A stretch of DNA of 62,990 bases, filler included, from Rhabdomonas costata (taxonomy: Eukaryota), in NCBI GenBank assembly GCA_019059605.1. It is 41 parts of 41 records of this genome, joined end to end, with 100 filler letters (N's around TTAATTAATTAA, not from the genome) between each part and the next. Parts side by side here need not be neighbours in the genome. Positions count along the whole stretch, not along the records: positions 23,095 to 24,533 come from JAHMHO010015923.1; positions 24,634 to 26,072 come from JAHMHO010015924.1; positions 26,173 to 27,611 come from JAHMHO010015925.1; positions 27,712 to 29,150 come from JAHMHO010015926.1; positions 29,251 to 30,689 come from JAHMHO010015927.1; positions 30,790 to 32,228 come from JAHMHO010015928.1; positions 32,329 to 33,766 come from JAHMHO010015929.1; positions 33,867 to 35,305 come from JAHMHO010015930.1; 33 more parts are not named here. One strand, written 5' to 3'. Shown piece by piece: positions 24,225 to 36,409 of this stretch (positions are counted from its first letter, which is position 1; every line of letters begins with the position of its first letter). The notes under the pieces were generated by a model. It did no database searches, was not told where the DNA came from, and saw nothing but the letters and a program-made list of their open reading frames with translations. The position numbers and the translations under genes are program-made.

Positions 24225-27200
24225 CTGGAGCGGGAAAAGTGTCATCAACAGGGGAAAAGAAGTAAGGTCAATACAACTGGTCAGCGAGTCATCCTCCCTC
24301 ACATGGGGACAATACAATTACAATGAGTTAATGCGGAATTCACTGCAACAGGACTACACATCCACATCCAGATCAACCACCAAGGTTCATTTCTTTGCTG
24401 TGGGGTTATACTATCCCGTGCCCATCGTTTTCGTGAAAGCATCGGAAGTTCCGAAATGGCTGAAGAGCCTGAACGAAGATCCAGGGCAAACCAACCCATG
24501 CGGGCACGGGATGCGAAAACCCTCCCCCAACCCNNNNNNNNNNNNNNNNNNNNNNNNNNNNNNNNNNNNNNNNNNNNTTAATTAATTAANNNNNNNNNNN
24601 NNNNNNNNNNNNNNNNNNNNNNNNNNNNNNNNNGGGGGTTTGTAACCTTGTTTGTGAAATTTTGCCCATTCCCGGGTGAAAGTTTACCACCTCGTGGGGG
24701 TTTACATAACTCATGACGCCCTTTCGGGCCTTCGTTGGCCTTCCGCCCGATGCGATCTCGAATACAGAGTGGACTTATTTAGGGCGGATGGAAGTGTTTT
24801 GATGCCAGGCTCAAAGCCTATAGCCCGGTGTTTCTACTCCGAATGTCCAGGAAGCTTACTGGGCAGGGTAACGGCCGAAACAACATGTGGTGGTCGTGGT
24901 GGTGGTGGTGGATTAAAAAGGGGCAACTTTTCGCTGGTAAAACCGAAACGGATGCAAGAGTCGCACAAACTGCGGGTGGAGCGCCAGGAACGTGCCCGCA
25001 ACCCAAAGTGTGAAAGGCACCAGTAGGCACGAGCGCTCACCCAACCGCTCACCCAATTTTCCACAGGTCCATGGCCGGGGTGAAGTTTCCCAGGCGCCAC
25101 ATCGCGGAAACCAATGGGTCCTCCCTGCGGTGAAAATACGCCCTAGCTCTGGAATGAGTGGCATACAAAGTTACAGATGAAGGCTGTGAGCATGCAGGAT
25201 CACACAAAAATTAGACCGTTGCAATTGAGAAGCAGTAAGACTGAAGAAACATGTGATCAACGCAGAAAGAGGCATGTGCAGCAGTGTGGCGGCTGTCATA
25301 TGTCCGGGAGATGAGTAATTTGTTAGGACTCCACCACAAGATATTCGACGAGGGGGATTATTCTGTTCGCTCTGTAACCATCATAGCCTAACCATCCACC
25401 ACCATACAAGGAAAATTTGGGACCCCCCAAGCACGCACACACATTGTGTCGCCGCGTGGCAGAAAAACACCACCCATAACGTTCGACAATAACTTCCAAT
25501 GAGAGTAGAAACTGAAACATTGACATGTTGCGTAGACTCGAGAAAATGAATACACAAGTGAGTGCTGGTGAACTATACCAGATGGGAATGGAGATCGAGA
25601 GACGTTGGACGGAAGCAAAAAGCTGTTGACCGCGTGAGCTATGTCAAATAAAAAATGGGCTCGATCATTGTGTACCTGTGTATTCCAACTTAGCCTCAGA
25701 AAACATCACGGCCAGATGTCCTGGAACGAAAACTCCCATCACCAACCTCTTCGTGTTGGGGCTGTTCAGGTCACTATGAATGCAACTATATTCTTCACAT
25801 TTGGGTGACACCTTTATATGTTACTGTACATTTGCTTATGGCACGTTAGTAACCATGGAATATTACATAACGGCAGATGGCAACTTGCCACCGAAGCACA
25901 AGTGGAGGTGTTATAAGTGACCTTCCGGCTGGATTGATAAGAGTGAATCAGCTTCACGCTTTTGAACCGCTATAGGTACTGCGTTGCAGTACATGGCCAT
26001 GTGTGGAAAGCTTATGTGATGTATCCGGCGTCATTCTAATCAGGAAAGTCTCCTCTACATGTACAAAAACAANNNNNNNNNNNNNNNNNNNNNNNNNNNN
26101 NNNNNNNNNNNNNNNNTTAATTAATTAANNNNNNNNNNNNNNNNNNNNNNNNNNNNNNNNNNNNNNNNNNNNTGTGTTGGGTGGTATGGTTGCAGTGGGG
26201 GCGTTAAACGAATGTGATTCACGAATATAAAATCACGACGTCCCCTTTTGCTCTCTTGTTTTCGCTTGCGCGCGCGTTTGAGTGGAAACTCGAGAGTTTC
26301 GAGAGTTTCGAGAGTTTTAGAATCATATTATTGTGCTCCAAGACGACCACTATGTCACAACGGCGGGTAGAGAAAGGCAGCGGAGTCCAAAAAGGGCACT
26401 ACTGGGGTAGGACTAAAAGCACACCGAAAAGGTAGAAAAAGGAGCGCAATGAATGCCAACCAACGGTCAAAAATGCTGGGGATTGGGAAAGGAAGTGAAA
26501 GGTCAACTGAAGGCATTTAGAACATCACATGGGGCCGGGCGGGAAGAGCTCACCCGGACAGCAATGGTTCCACGTGCCACCTGTGCGACTGTTTTTGAGA
26601 CCGTTGCTCCACCCCGTCCCATCTGCCTGCTGGCAGGTGTTTCGTGTCATCTCTGAATTTGTTGCTGAATCGCATGCCCTTGGTGGCATCTTCCGTTCTC
26701 AAAAATCCCTGGGAAGGTTTCATAAAAGAAAGCTTTCTTCAGATTAAGCCCAGCGCAGGTATTGAACCTCAGCATTTAGTTAGGTTCAGGTCTGGTTGTG
26801 CCCGTTAGCGCCAGGGGGAGTAATATCTCACCAACCTCCTGAGCAGTAATGGAACCCGGAGAAGGCGGTGGTGACATTTTTTGTTTGGGTTTGTATGGGT
26901 TCTATCACATGATTATGATGTTGCTGAATTCATTCCACCGCAGTGGACCGATGGTCAGTGTTCTATGGTCCCCTCGCTGAGCGGAGACACCAGGCACGCG
27001 GTGGCAGTGCATCCTGGGATCGCCGAACTCTGTAGCGCCGCCAATGCCCTGGGTGAGTATACGTCTGCTTTTTTTTGTGTTGTGTGCGTGTCTGTGTGCG
27101 TGCCCTCCACGTCATATAAACTGCCATGTTAGCGACATATTGGTGGCATTAAATACACGTTTTTGTCAGCATGTGGATTCGCATTCATTGTAATGTGTGT

Positions 27201-29954
27201 TTATAGTTTTAGAGGAAGTCCTCAGAGGATTACTGTGTTGCTCTGCACTATTTTGATGACTACTTTCAATCGCCGCGAAATTAATCAGGGCAAAGCCCCC
27301 CCCCCCGACGCGTTTGCGTACTTCACGCATTTTGCTGTTGTGTGATTTGAGGGGGATGGGGACGGGCGCCCAGACTTGCTGTCGCAGTGGTCGCCGAGCT
27401 TCCCGCGGGAGAGCATACGGGCAGACTCGGTGCGACTGCGGGCCTCGCAGTACGTCGCTCAGGTGCTGCACTCCAGACTGCTATGCCCGCAGAATGTCCA
27501 GCTCTGGGCGGCTTCCTCCTCTGAGCGCGCTCGCCTCGTCGCCAGCCTCCCAGAGGCCGAGAAGGCCTGCCACCTCCCATCCACCCCACCCAACCCAACC
27601 ACACCCACCACNNNNNNNNNNNNNNNNNNNNNNNNNNNNNNNNNNNNNNNNNNNNTTAATTAATTAANNNNNNNNNNNNNNNNNNNNNNNNNNNNNNNNN
27701 NNNNNNNNNNNCCACCAACAACTGCCGTCGCGCCTGTGGATGCCAGCCCTATCTGTGGTTTCCCTTGCCTCTTCCAGCCCCACGGGCCACTGTCACCGCT
27801 CACCTCAGAGGTTTAGCACATTGTTCCTGCGTCCTAATGTCGCTCCATTTGGTGGACTCCTTTTTTTGCATGACACAATTGCCACAAGGATCTAAAAATA
27901 GTTGTCACACAGGTGCAGACCTGAATTTCTCCGTCGCCGAATCATATGGGTCGGTTGGGTTGCATTCATCTGAGCCGATAAGATGGGTAAGAGAAGGCAC
28001 GGGGGAGCTGCCCTATGGAGTCTCGAGCGCTCGGGAGGAATGCCTCTCGATTGTATGTACCAACATTGCCTGAAAGGGAAGCATTAGGACTCAAGTTGAC
28101 ATCAGATCCTTCCTCTCAAGGAGTTCTTCCTTCTGATTCATTTTTGCCCCAGTCCGGCTTAGTCTCAAGGATTTTACCGCCAGTAAATGCTATCAGGTTT
28201 GACATTTTTCAGTCCTAACCGTAACCAGTAGTAAAACACTCATTGCCAGTTTGCAAAAATTGGACTTGAGTGTCAATTGTGTGATCTGAGGAAATCCTGC
28301 TGCAAAATGATCTATCTTGCTGCAAAATGGTGATGAATCCATTGAGTTGCTTCGCCCAGGACTGGGTGTTCCCCTGTGCCTTTTTCACCCCCTCCCTCTC
28401 CGCAAAAAAAAAGCATCAATACCTCCCAACTTTGACTGACAGAGCTCGATTTGAAAATTGATTCTACTTTTTCTTTGGTTTTGGTTTTGGGATGGTGTAT
28501 ATGTTTTTGATTTTATTTCTCTCCCCAAGAGCAGATCCTGTTTTTCGCCAATTATTGGTCACCAATCGACGAAATAGCGTATGTGGCAACATGAACGCTC
28601 ATCATTCTCCTGATGGAGGCCAAAATCCCTCGAACAACATACCCGAAGATAGCAATATAAAAGCCGGCAACAATGACCTTTTTTGGTTTTAATTGTCCCA
28701 TTTTCGGGGCAGGTACCCTCTCCCCAAAAAGTCAATGTTGTGATTGAATTGGGAATTGGGAATTGGGTGCATCCAAAAACACTGAAGCATTGGCAGAGAG
28801 AGAGGGTGGATAATGAGTTGCCCTCCAGGAGGCCTTTCAAATTGAACGGTGTCCTTTGAACTCCTCCCAAATCAACTATAATTACACTACAAAGGGCAAA
28901 AGCTCTGTCCTAAACTGAGCAGACTGGACCAACTTCCAAACTGGCAAAAGTTACTCATGGGTATAAATCACGAACCAACTCAGTTGCCCAGAAAAAGTTG
29001 CCCTCCTGTATACAGGCCCTGAAATGCCAACAAAAATGGGGGAGGGGCTGTAAATTTCGACATCGAAAATTGCCCCTGCATCCTCCAAGAGAGTAATGGC
29101 CTCACTTCTGATCACTTCTGATGGCTTGCTAATGTACAAACAACCCCAACNNNNNNNNNNNNNNNNNNNNNNNNNNNNNNNNNNNNNNNNNNNNTTAATT
29201 AATTAANNNNNNNNNNNNNNNNNNNNNNNNNNNNNNNNNNNNNNNNNNNNTGTTGTGGGTCGTATTGTGTGAGCAAGTGGATCGGGATCGTGTGAAGGAA
29301 AAGACTCATCACGAATGCAATAAAAAAAGCACAGATACAAATCAAAAAAGTTCTATGCACTGCTCAACGATGAACGAATGCGATGAAACTCTCTCTTGGA
29401 CACACTGGTGACGGCATACGCTGTGTTCCATGAATAGGTAACCTGCAGCCTCCTGCTGGTCTCACCTATCATTCGCACACATCTTCGCACATGAGTGACG
29501 TGAATGATAAAGAACTGGACGTTGAGAACTTTTCCCTTGTTGCCAAACAAGCCAAGCAATCAAAGTCTCACCTCACATTCACACAAGAAAGAACCTCTCC
29601 CGTGATCAAGGCAACGTGTGATTCGGTAACAGAGAGCAAAGTAACCCATAGACGATGAATAAAAACCGAATGAGGCCGCGGCACTTCCGAGGCCCTCGTT
29701 CGGAGACACAGTTCAGATGCACTGGCAGACTGGCTGAACGTGGCACTAATATGTTCACGCGGATGTCAACGCAGAACTCAAAACCATAATGGCGATGTCT
29801 GAAAGGGGAATACGTCAGACAAACCGCGATTGGAGAAATGAAAGGATTCTAAAGAAGCCCGCTGAACAGCTGCACCTTTCGCGGGACATCAAAACTTAAA
29901 GAAGGGGCGTCCCGCCCTAACGTGGCATAGCTAGGACGTACAGGAGCAAAACAA

Positions 29955-30689
29955 TCACGTTATCGAGAGATGAGCTAGCATGGAGCGCAACGAGGACAAG
30001 GTGACCGGCTTTGCCATGAAATGGGACATCCCGCATTGCTGGCAAGCAGCTTGATCCTCGTCAGAGGTTGCCGCAGTGAGGGCGACGATCGGCACTGCAG
30101 CATAGGCGGGCAACTGACGAATCCTCCGGGTGGCCTCGAAGCCATTTACCAGGGGCATGTGGCAATCCATGAAGATGGCCTGGTAGACGTGTTGCCCGCA
30201 CATTGTTACCGCCTCCACCCCGTTGCTCGCCACGTCAGCCTGGATGTTCCACTTTTTAAGCATTTGAGTGAAGACCAACTGGTTCAGCGGGATGTCTTCG
30301 GCAACCAGCACTCGCATGGGAAGCAATGGCATGGTAGACATGGAGGTTGAGGCTAGGCTCTCCAGGGCTTCGGGAACTGGCGCTGAGACCGTACCTTGCG
30401 GGACCTCCAGGAAATCCCGCACCTGGGCAAACGTTGGAGGTTTAGGGAACATCGGCAGGCTGAAGAAATCTTCGGCCTTCTGAAGCTCTGCCATTGAGGC
30501 GAAACCCATTACACGGGGTCTATCGGAAGACAGGGAGCCGAGAAGCGCGATTATGCTGGCCTTCTCTTTGGCCCACAAGGCTTCGGCGGAGCCCACCAAG
30601 ACCACAAGAAGGGAGAGCTCAGCCATGTGCTCTTCCGAAATGTCCGCAGCGGAGGCAAAAACTGTGACCTGAGAGCTAAAGTTGCGGAA
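29955..30689 (-). CDS. C-terminus of a hybrid histidine kinase / response regulator receiver domain
   Basis: The frame is open from the contig edge: RVLVAED.PLNQ...ASNG.EAV...IFMDCHMP.VNGFEATR.IR...PIVALTA...GM..F.AKPV. Phospho-Asp, Thr and Lys are intact. Confidence 0.9.
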   Translation of the reverse strand, partial: FRNFSSQVTVFASAADISEEHMAELSLLVVLVGSAEALWAKEKASIIALLGSLSSDRPRVMGFASMAELQKAEDFFSLPMFPKPPTFAQVRDFLEVPQGTVSAPVPEALESLASTSMSTMPLLPMRVLVAEDIPLNQLVFTQMLKKWNIQADVASNGVEAVTMCGQHVYQAIFMDCHMPLVNGFEATRRIRQLPAYAAVPIVALTAATSDEDQAACQQCGMSHFMAKPVTLSSLRSMLAHLSIT

Positions 30690-30995
30690 NNNNNNNNNNN
30701 NNNNNNNNNNNNNNNNNNNNNNNNNNNNNNNNNTTAATTAATTAANNNNNNNNNNNNNNNNNNNNNNNNNNNNNNNNNNNNNNNNNNNNTTTTGGGGGTA
30801 TTCGTTCCCCCACACAATATACACACGCACGCACGCACGCACGCAAATTTGCATCATCTCTGGCCCACCTCCAGGTTGCAGAGGGGGTGAACGAATCCCC
30901 ACAGAGGGCAAAAACAGAGCAATTTCAAAAGGTCCAGAAAGGTGAGAACGTCCAGCGGTTCGATTGTGCAAACAACCGCAGTATAAAGAAAGAAG

Positions 30996-31063
30996 AAGAG
31001 AAGAGAAGAGAAGAGAAGAGAAGAGAAGAGAAGAGAAGAGAAGAGAAGAGAAGAGAGAAGAGA
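30996..31063 (+). repeat. Microsatellite (AAGAG)n
   Basis: About 12-13 tandem pentamers. Confidence 0.95.
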
Positions 31064-33611
31064 AATGTTGGCTACAGTGTTGCTTCAAACCGAGGGAGAG
31101 GAGGGAGCGGGTCGGCAAGGAAAAAAGTGGTGGTCAAGAGAAGGATGGCGGGAGACAAGGGGAGAAGTTGGCGCACACGCACTTCTTGCCGGAGAGGCCA
31201 GCACGGTGGTGGATCCTCCAGACTCACCCCCGACCCCGCTAGCACCCTCGTACAGCACCCTCGCAGCCATCCTCACAAAGGCGGGGGGTAAGGGCCGGGT
31301 GGAGGTGAACCAGAACCAGTCCGTCACCGTGGGAAGCACCGAGCGGATCGCGCCCACTGTAAAGCGAGCGAGCCCGCGCACAAAACCACCCTCACGCCTG
31401 CACACACACAACATCCACAGTGCACAAGTTCATTTCTGCCTCCAACGGGCTTTGAGAGACTCTCGGGCTGCTTGGCCGCTTCTCGCCGTACGGATCACCC
31501 CTCTGCTGCTGGGCGGAGGTTCTCGGGAAAAGCACATTAACCAAACCTACAAAACAAAGCTGACCGGCGCTGCGGACACCTTCCGGCCCTACCAGGACGG
31601 GCGACGGCCCAGCGACCAGCGATTTCCTCACCGGTTCAAGCATTTCCTGGCACCCCTAAAGGCTTGGGGGAAAGTGCCCTTCACTTGCAACACTTGCCCT
31701 GGCTTTTCGAAACCCACCCCCGCCCCGCACAAATGGTTGTGGTGCGGGCGGTATCCGCCATGCTCCCCTACAATTACAATTACAATCCCACCCCAAGGCA
31801 CCGTTCTCCCCCGTATTTCTTTCCTCGCAGGGCCGGGAAACGGAATGACAATGCCAATGCCTCCCGGTCCCTGTGTCTTAGAGCTCCTTGGACAAGATAT
31901 TACCGATAGAGCTGAATTTCCTCGATTCTATGGATTACAGAATTTTGAAAAAGTTCGGATCCAAACCCAGGCTTTAGGGCTCTTCGACCCATTTGCCTGG
32001 CCCCGTTCGGTGTGGGTGGTTTATTTGTAAATCCGTCGTGGATGCTGTAATCCGTAAACTCGTTAGCCCTCCACCGCTGCGGGGTTAGAAAAAGGGACAA
32101 AAGAGCCGTCAGGGGGGAACTCGGCCACCAGCCGAGGGTAAAAGGCCACGATATCCTGACCCCAAGCACCGTCCACGCAGCATTTAGGGAGCCCTGCTAT
32201 TTATACAGAAGACCCCAGACCCCAAAACNNNNNNNNNNNNNNNNNNNNNNNNNNNNNNNNNNNNNNNNNNNNTTAATTAATTAANNNNNNNNNNNNNNNN
32301 NNNNNNNNNNNNNNNNNNNNNNNNNNNNCTCGTTCCGCAGTGTTGTCTGGTGATTCCCGCCGTTTATTGCGAGGGTTTGGCCCATGCTCTGTGCTCAAAT
32401 GCATGCTGATCTCTGATGTTGACTGCCCATGTGCAAACCCGTTTAGGCAGTTGGGTGTTTTTCGCGCTGTGTGTGTGTGCGGGGGGGGGGGGGAAGCAAA
32501 AGAGATACGAAAGTGCACAACTGAAACACTGACCCCAAAGGCCGCGTTTCGGAGTCCCTCTGTGTATATTCGAAGACTCCTTCAGCTTCGTCCTGATTAC
32601 GTTAATCTCACTGCTAAAAGCAACAGTGAGCACTAAGTGCTGTTGAGAAAGCATCCTGCAAGTGTGCAGAAAGGTCACAAATCAAGCTCTAAAATGAAAA
32701 CCCCCGAACCCGCAACCGTTCCAACTGAAGGCAATACCTGTGGGCCAAGGCCATGGGAGACAAGGCGACCGGGGTGGACACAGGAGCTGGAAAAAGTTGG
32801 CTGATGGCAGCAGCCACCATGGCAAGAGCGACTCCCGCCACAACGAAACGATTTGGCTGCATTCACTGATTATACGTCACCCAAGGTCACCAAAGGTTCA
32901 CCATAAGTGAAGCGAAATAAGAACATCTCTGGAGGAAGCCGTGGAGCTGGATACGGTACGCATTATCATCTTTTTTACCGTCACTATAGTCTTCTATGAG
33001 AAGTTTCCTCGCTTCAACCTAGCTGCCTTTTCTCTGGGTTTTCGAGCATAACGGCAACGTCACTACCTCAGCCACCGCCTCTCCAGCAGGTCCCCGCACG
33101 CCGGAGGCGGATGTGAGCCCCCCAGAAAGCAATCGCTTTGAGGCACATTCAACTCTACATCACCAGCCAGAGGTCTGCTGCGGACGCACGAACATTCAAC
33201 GAAGGTGTTTGCAGCGCGAGAGACCTAGACTGGTGTAAGGATGAACTGCCCATTTCCTCGCTATCACCATTATCAACCTCCTGGTCGAGGAGAGCTGTGT
33301 CGTCGCATTCACCCCTCACCGGACCCGTGCTGCCCATCCCACGCAGCGGGGGGCACAGCACGTCAAACACAGGAGGTGCTCCTTCTCTACAACAAGGAAT
33401 ACTCTGCGGTCGCAGGAATGGGATTCCTCCCCATCCATATCTTTGGGCAATGCTTGTCGCTCTCCGTACGTGTTTGCGTGGATGCAAGCTGAGGGTGAGT
33501 GGTTTCCTTTCTCCATGCGGTTCTTGAGATGGGGTAAGGATGTGGTCTGTTGTTATGTTTGGATGGAAGTCAGGCCGACAGCACAAGGCCGACGTGATAC
33601 TCCAACTAGGT

Positions 33612-33635
33612 TTAGGGTTAGGGTTAGGGTTAGGG
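33612..33635 (+). repeat. Interstitial telomere-type repeat (TTAGGG)4
   Basis: Four exact hexamers inside a contig. Confidence 0.85.
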
Positions 33636-34093
33636 AAATCACTCCCATTAAGTTCCGCAGCACCCTAAGTCTCCCCCAAATCATTGCAAGTCCAAAAACC
33701 GCATCCAGCGTCCAGCTACCCTTTTCTCGGTTAAACTGACTAATACACAGCACTCGACCCCAACCCNNNNNNNNNNNNNNNNNNNNNNNNNNNNNNNNNN
33801 NNNNNNNNNNTTAATTAATTAANNNNNNNNNNNNNNNNNNNNNNNNNNNNNNNNNNNNNNNNNNNNGGGGTGTGGTTCAGAAACATACACCCACGACACA
33901 TGGCTACTTGTTTCTGAACCACACCGCCTTTTCTCTGACGCAATAAAGGATCTGCATCATACTGTACGCAAAAGTAAACATCTTTCCCACCAAGAAAAAC
34001 TACAACAACCAGGAAAATTCGCTCCGCATTCGTGTCCTTCGAAATGCACCGCTAAAAAGGAAAGGTGGAACAGAACGGTGGGGACGATCATAC

Positions 34094-34744
34094 CTCCGCA
34101 GAGACCCCCTCCACGGTCCGTCCCCCAAGAAGGTACAGCTGGCTCTGGAACACCACAAGCGGCGCCATCGATCGCCCGGAAAAGGGGGCGTCAGCAACGG
34201 CCAAGACCCACGCCTTTCCATCCGAACTGCTCCATACCTTGCACGTGGGGAGGACGCAGGAAGCAACTACAAGGTGACCCCAACGCCCAGCACACATTAC
34301 CAACGTCCCGACGCCCCTACAGTTGATAGCAGCACCTCTTGAAAGAACCCATTGCCTGGGAGGATCCACCGACCACAGATTCGGCTGAATGGTACATATG
34401 CACGGGCTGTGGGCCAACCGGCAGATAAAATCCCACCACTCTAAAGCCAGAAGGTCGCAGGTTTCATACCAGAAATGAAAAATATGTGAGTATGAGTTCT
34501 CCGTGGTCATACGTCTCGAAAGTGATGCTCAAACGTCACTCCACCCCCGGCAATCCAGAGCCGGCCACGGAACACCGTGATTCCCATCGCCCCGCGAGGC
34601 TTGAACGCTGCATTCCGGACGACTTCTATCCACTTCCCTTTCAGCGGGTCGGAGGTGCGCCACACATCGTTGTACGACACGGAAAATCGATGGCCACCGA
34701 CCAGCCAGAATTGGCCCCGGAAGGCCACCAGCCCAACGTTCTCC
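34094..34744 (-). CDS. Kelch/galactose-oxidase-like beta-propeller protein, 2 exons
   Basis: Exons 34744-34513 and 34237-34094 give repeated F.G..W.VGG...DVW.(S/T).D...W......A.F..R...VF...L...GG blades. Confidence 0.85.
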
Positions 34745-35412
34745 CTGGCAGTGAAGTCGCCATCCCTGGCTCGCCTCCAGGCATGCCCGTTGCTGGTTGC
34801 CCAGACACTGCGGGTGGGTCGACGGAGGATGTTCCGGCCACCGCGCAGCCCAGCCGCAATTAAGATCTGATGTTGGATTCCACATAAGGAACAACTTTCG
34901 CGAAAAAATATATAGCATGCCCACTCATGTTCGAAAATAAACGCGATTGTTGGGGGAGCTTTCTCTTTCGTGCAAGGAGCGCGTCCTTGGTCAGGTGTGA
35001 ATTCTGTACTAATCGTCTTTTGCAGTAAAAAAAAACAGCATTTTCAAAATAATTCCACAAAGGAACCAGTGAAGACATGCACGGCGTTGTTGGGTATATT
35101 TCCCAAAAGCGAAATCCCAAAGTAAATCTGAAACTCGAGGACATAGTATTGGCATCGTTCAGTGTTCACACAAAATGTCCAATGGTCCACGAAACAAAAA
35201 AGCAGAGAAGCAGAGAGAGAAAGAATTGGGAAAAGAGTAGCAGAGGACGCAGAGAATCTGAAACTTGACTCCACGGCAAAAGCTGCAAAAGCGAAAAAAG
35301 AAATTNNNNNNNNNNNNNNNNNNNNNNNNNNNNNNNNNNNNNNNNNNNNTTAATTAATTAANNNNNNNNNNNNNNNNNNNNNNNNNNNNNNNNNNNNNNN
35401 NNNNNTGTTTTT

Positions 35413-35550
35413 TTTCCACTTAAACGCCCGCCCGCATGTGAAAACAAAAGAGCAAAAAGGAGACAAACCCGCACTTTGTCGTTGTCATGTGCAGGTTTGT
35501 CTCCTTTTTGCTCTTTTGTTTTCACATGCGGGCGGGCGTTTAAGTGGAAA
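35413..35550. other. Fold-back amplification chimera at contig start
   Basis: ~57-bp perfect inverted arms beginning right after the T/G-only end. Confidence 0.8.
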
Positions 35551-35774
35551 CTCAAGGGAACTCATCATTTGACATGCACTGCCTCGGCAGTTCCATCATC
35601 CCTGGAAGAGCAGAAAGAGGAACTGAGGCAAACACGAGGCGCAAGGGAGAACAATAGGGGAGACAGATATACGAGGCAAACACGCCAAGTTATATCTCAT
35701 GTTTTAGGTTCAGCCCACTGGATGTGGCGCCAATGTTGGCAGCAATGGAAGAGGGATGTGAAAGGTGCACCCAC

Positions 35775-36409
35775 CAGACTGGCGCCGAAGGTGGGGTACG
35801 CACAGCGGAAGGCAGCCCAGGGGGTGGGCACGGGCGACGCCGCGGCTGAGGCGACGGCCGCCCCTACGGGGCAGCGCACGTGGTGGTAGTGTTGCGCCGT
35901 GGTGGCCTCTGCCAGAACCATAGCCTCCGCGCTCAGCGCCAATTCCGCTGCGGCAAAACAAAAAAGAAGAAAAACCAGAAAAACCAGAAAAGATCATCCA
36001 GGCAGAAAAACCTGCAAAGGAATCAGCCAGCGTTGCAGACAAAACACAGCTTCTCATATCCAATGCACCGGAAGGAAAAGCGCGGTCAGAGAGGTCGGTC
36101 AGAAGCGAAGGGCGCGAAAAGTGGCACTACGCACTCTGCTAATATATAATCGTGCTGAGCAGCAGAGTAATCCGCAATCCGCAATCCAACGCACTGTCAC
36201 ACGCCGTTGCTCGTGGCGATGGCGTAGAGGTACACCGCGTAGTAGCCGTGGAGCACCTCACTGGGGCTGCCGTGCATCGGCCCCAGCGCGGGGTGGGCCA
36301 GCAGCCCAGAGCTGCCCCAGCTGTGGCCGTGGTACCAGTCAAAGTGCCGGTGTGGAGGGAAGGAGGGGTCCGAGGCACTGGGGTTGGCGAAGTCCCGGAT
36401 CAGCAGGTG
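35775..36409 (-). CDS. GH81 endo-1,3-beta-glucanase-like protein, C-terminal domain, 2 exons
   Basis: Exons 36409-36205 and 35947-~35775 give LLIRDFANPS..DPSFP.HRHFDWYHGHSW..GL...GSPSEVLHGYYAV.LY...E..TAQ.Y.HV...YP..F, the classic GH81 signature. Confidence 0.88.

Noticed and set aside
25053..25124. Minus-strand exon EDPLVSAMWRLGNFTPAMDLWKIG resembling kinase subdomain IX
   Set aside because: Only 24 codons, with no APE motif or neighbouring kinase exons found.
31065..32030. Longest ORF in the track (321 aa, + strand)
   Set aside because: No domain is recognisable. Splice signals point to phase-compatible exons on the minus strand, so it is probably a shadow ORF.
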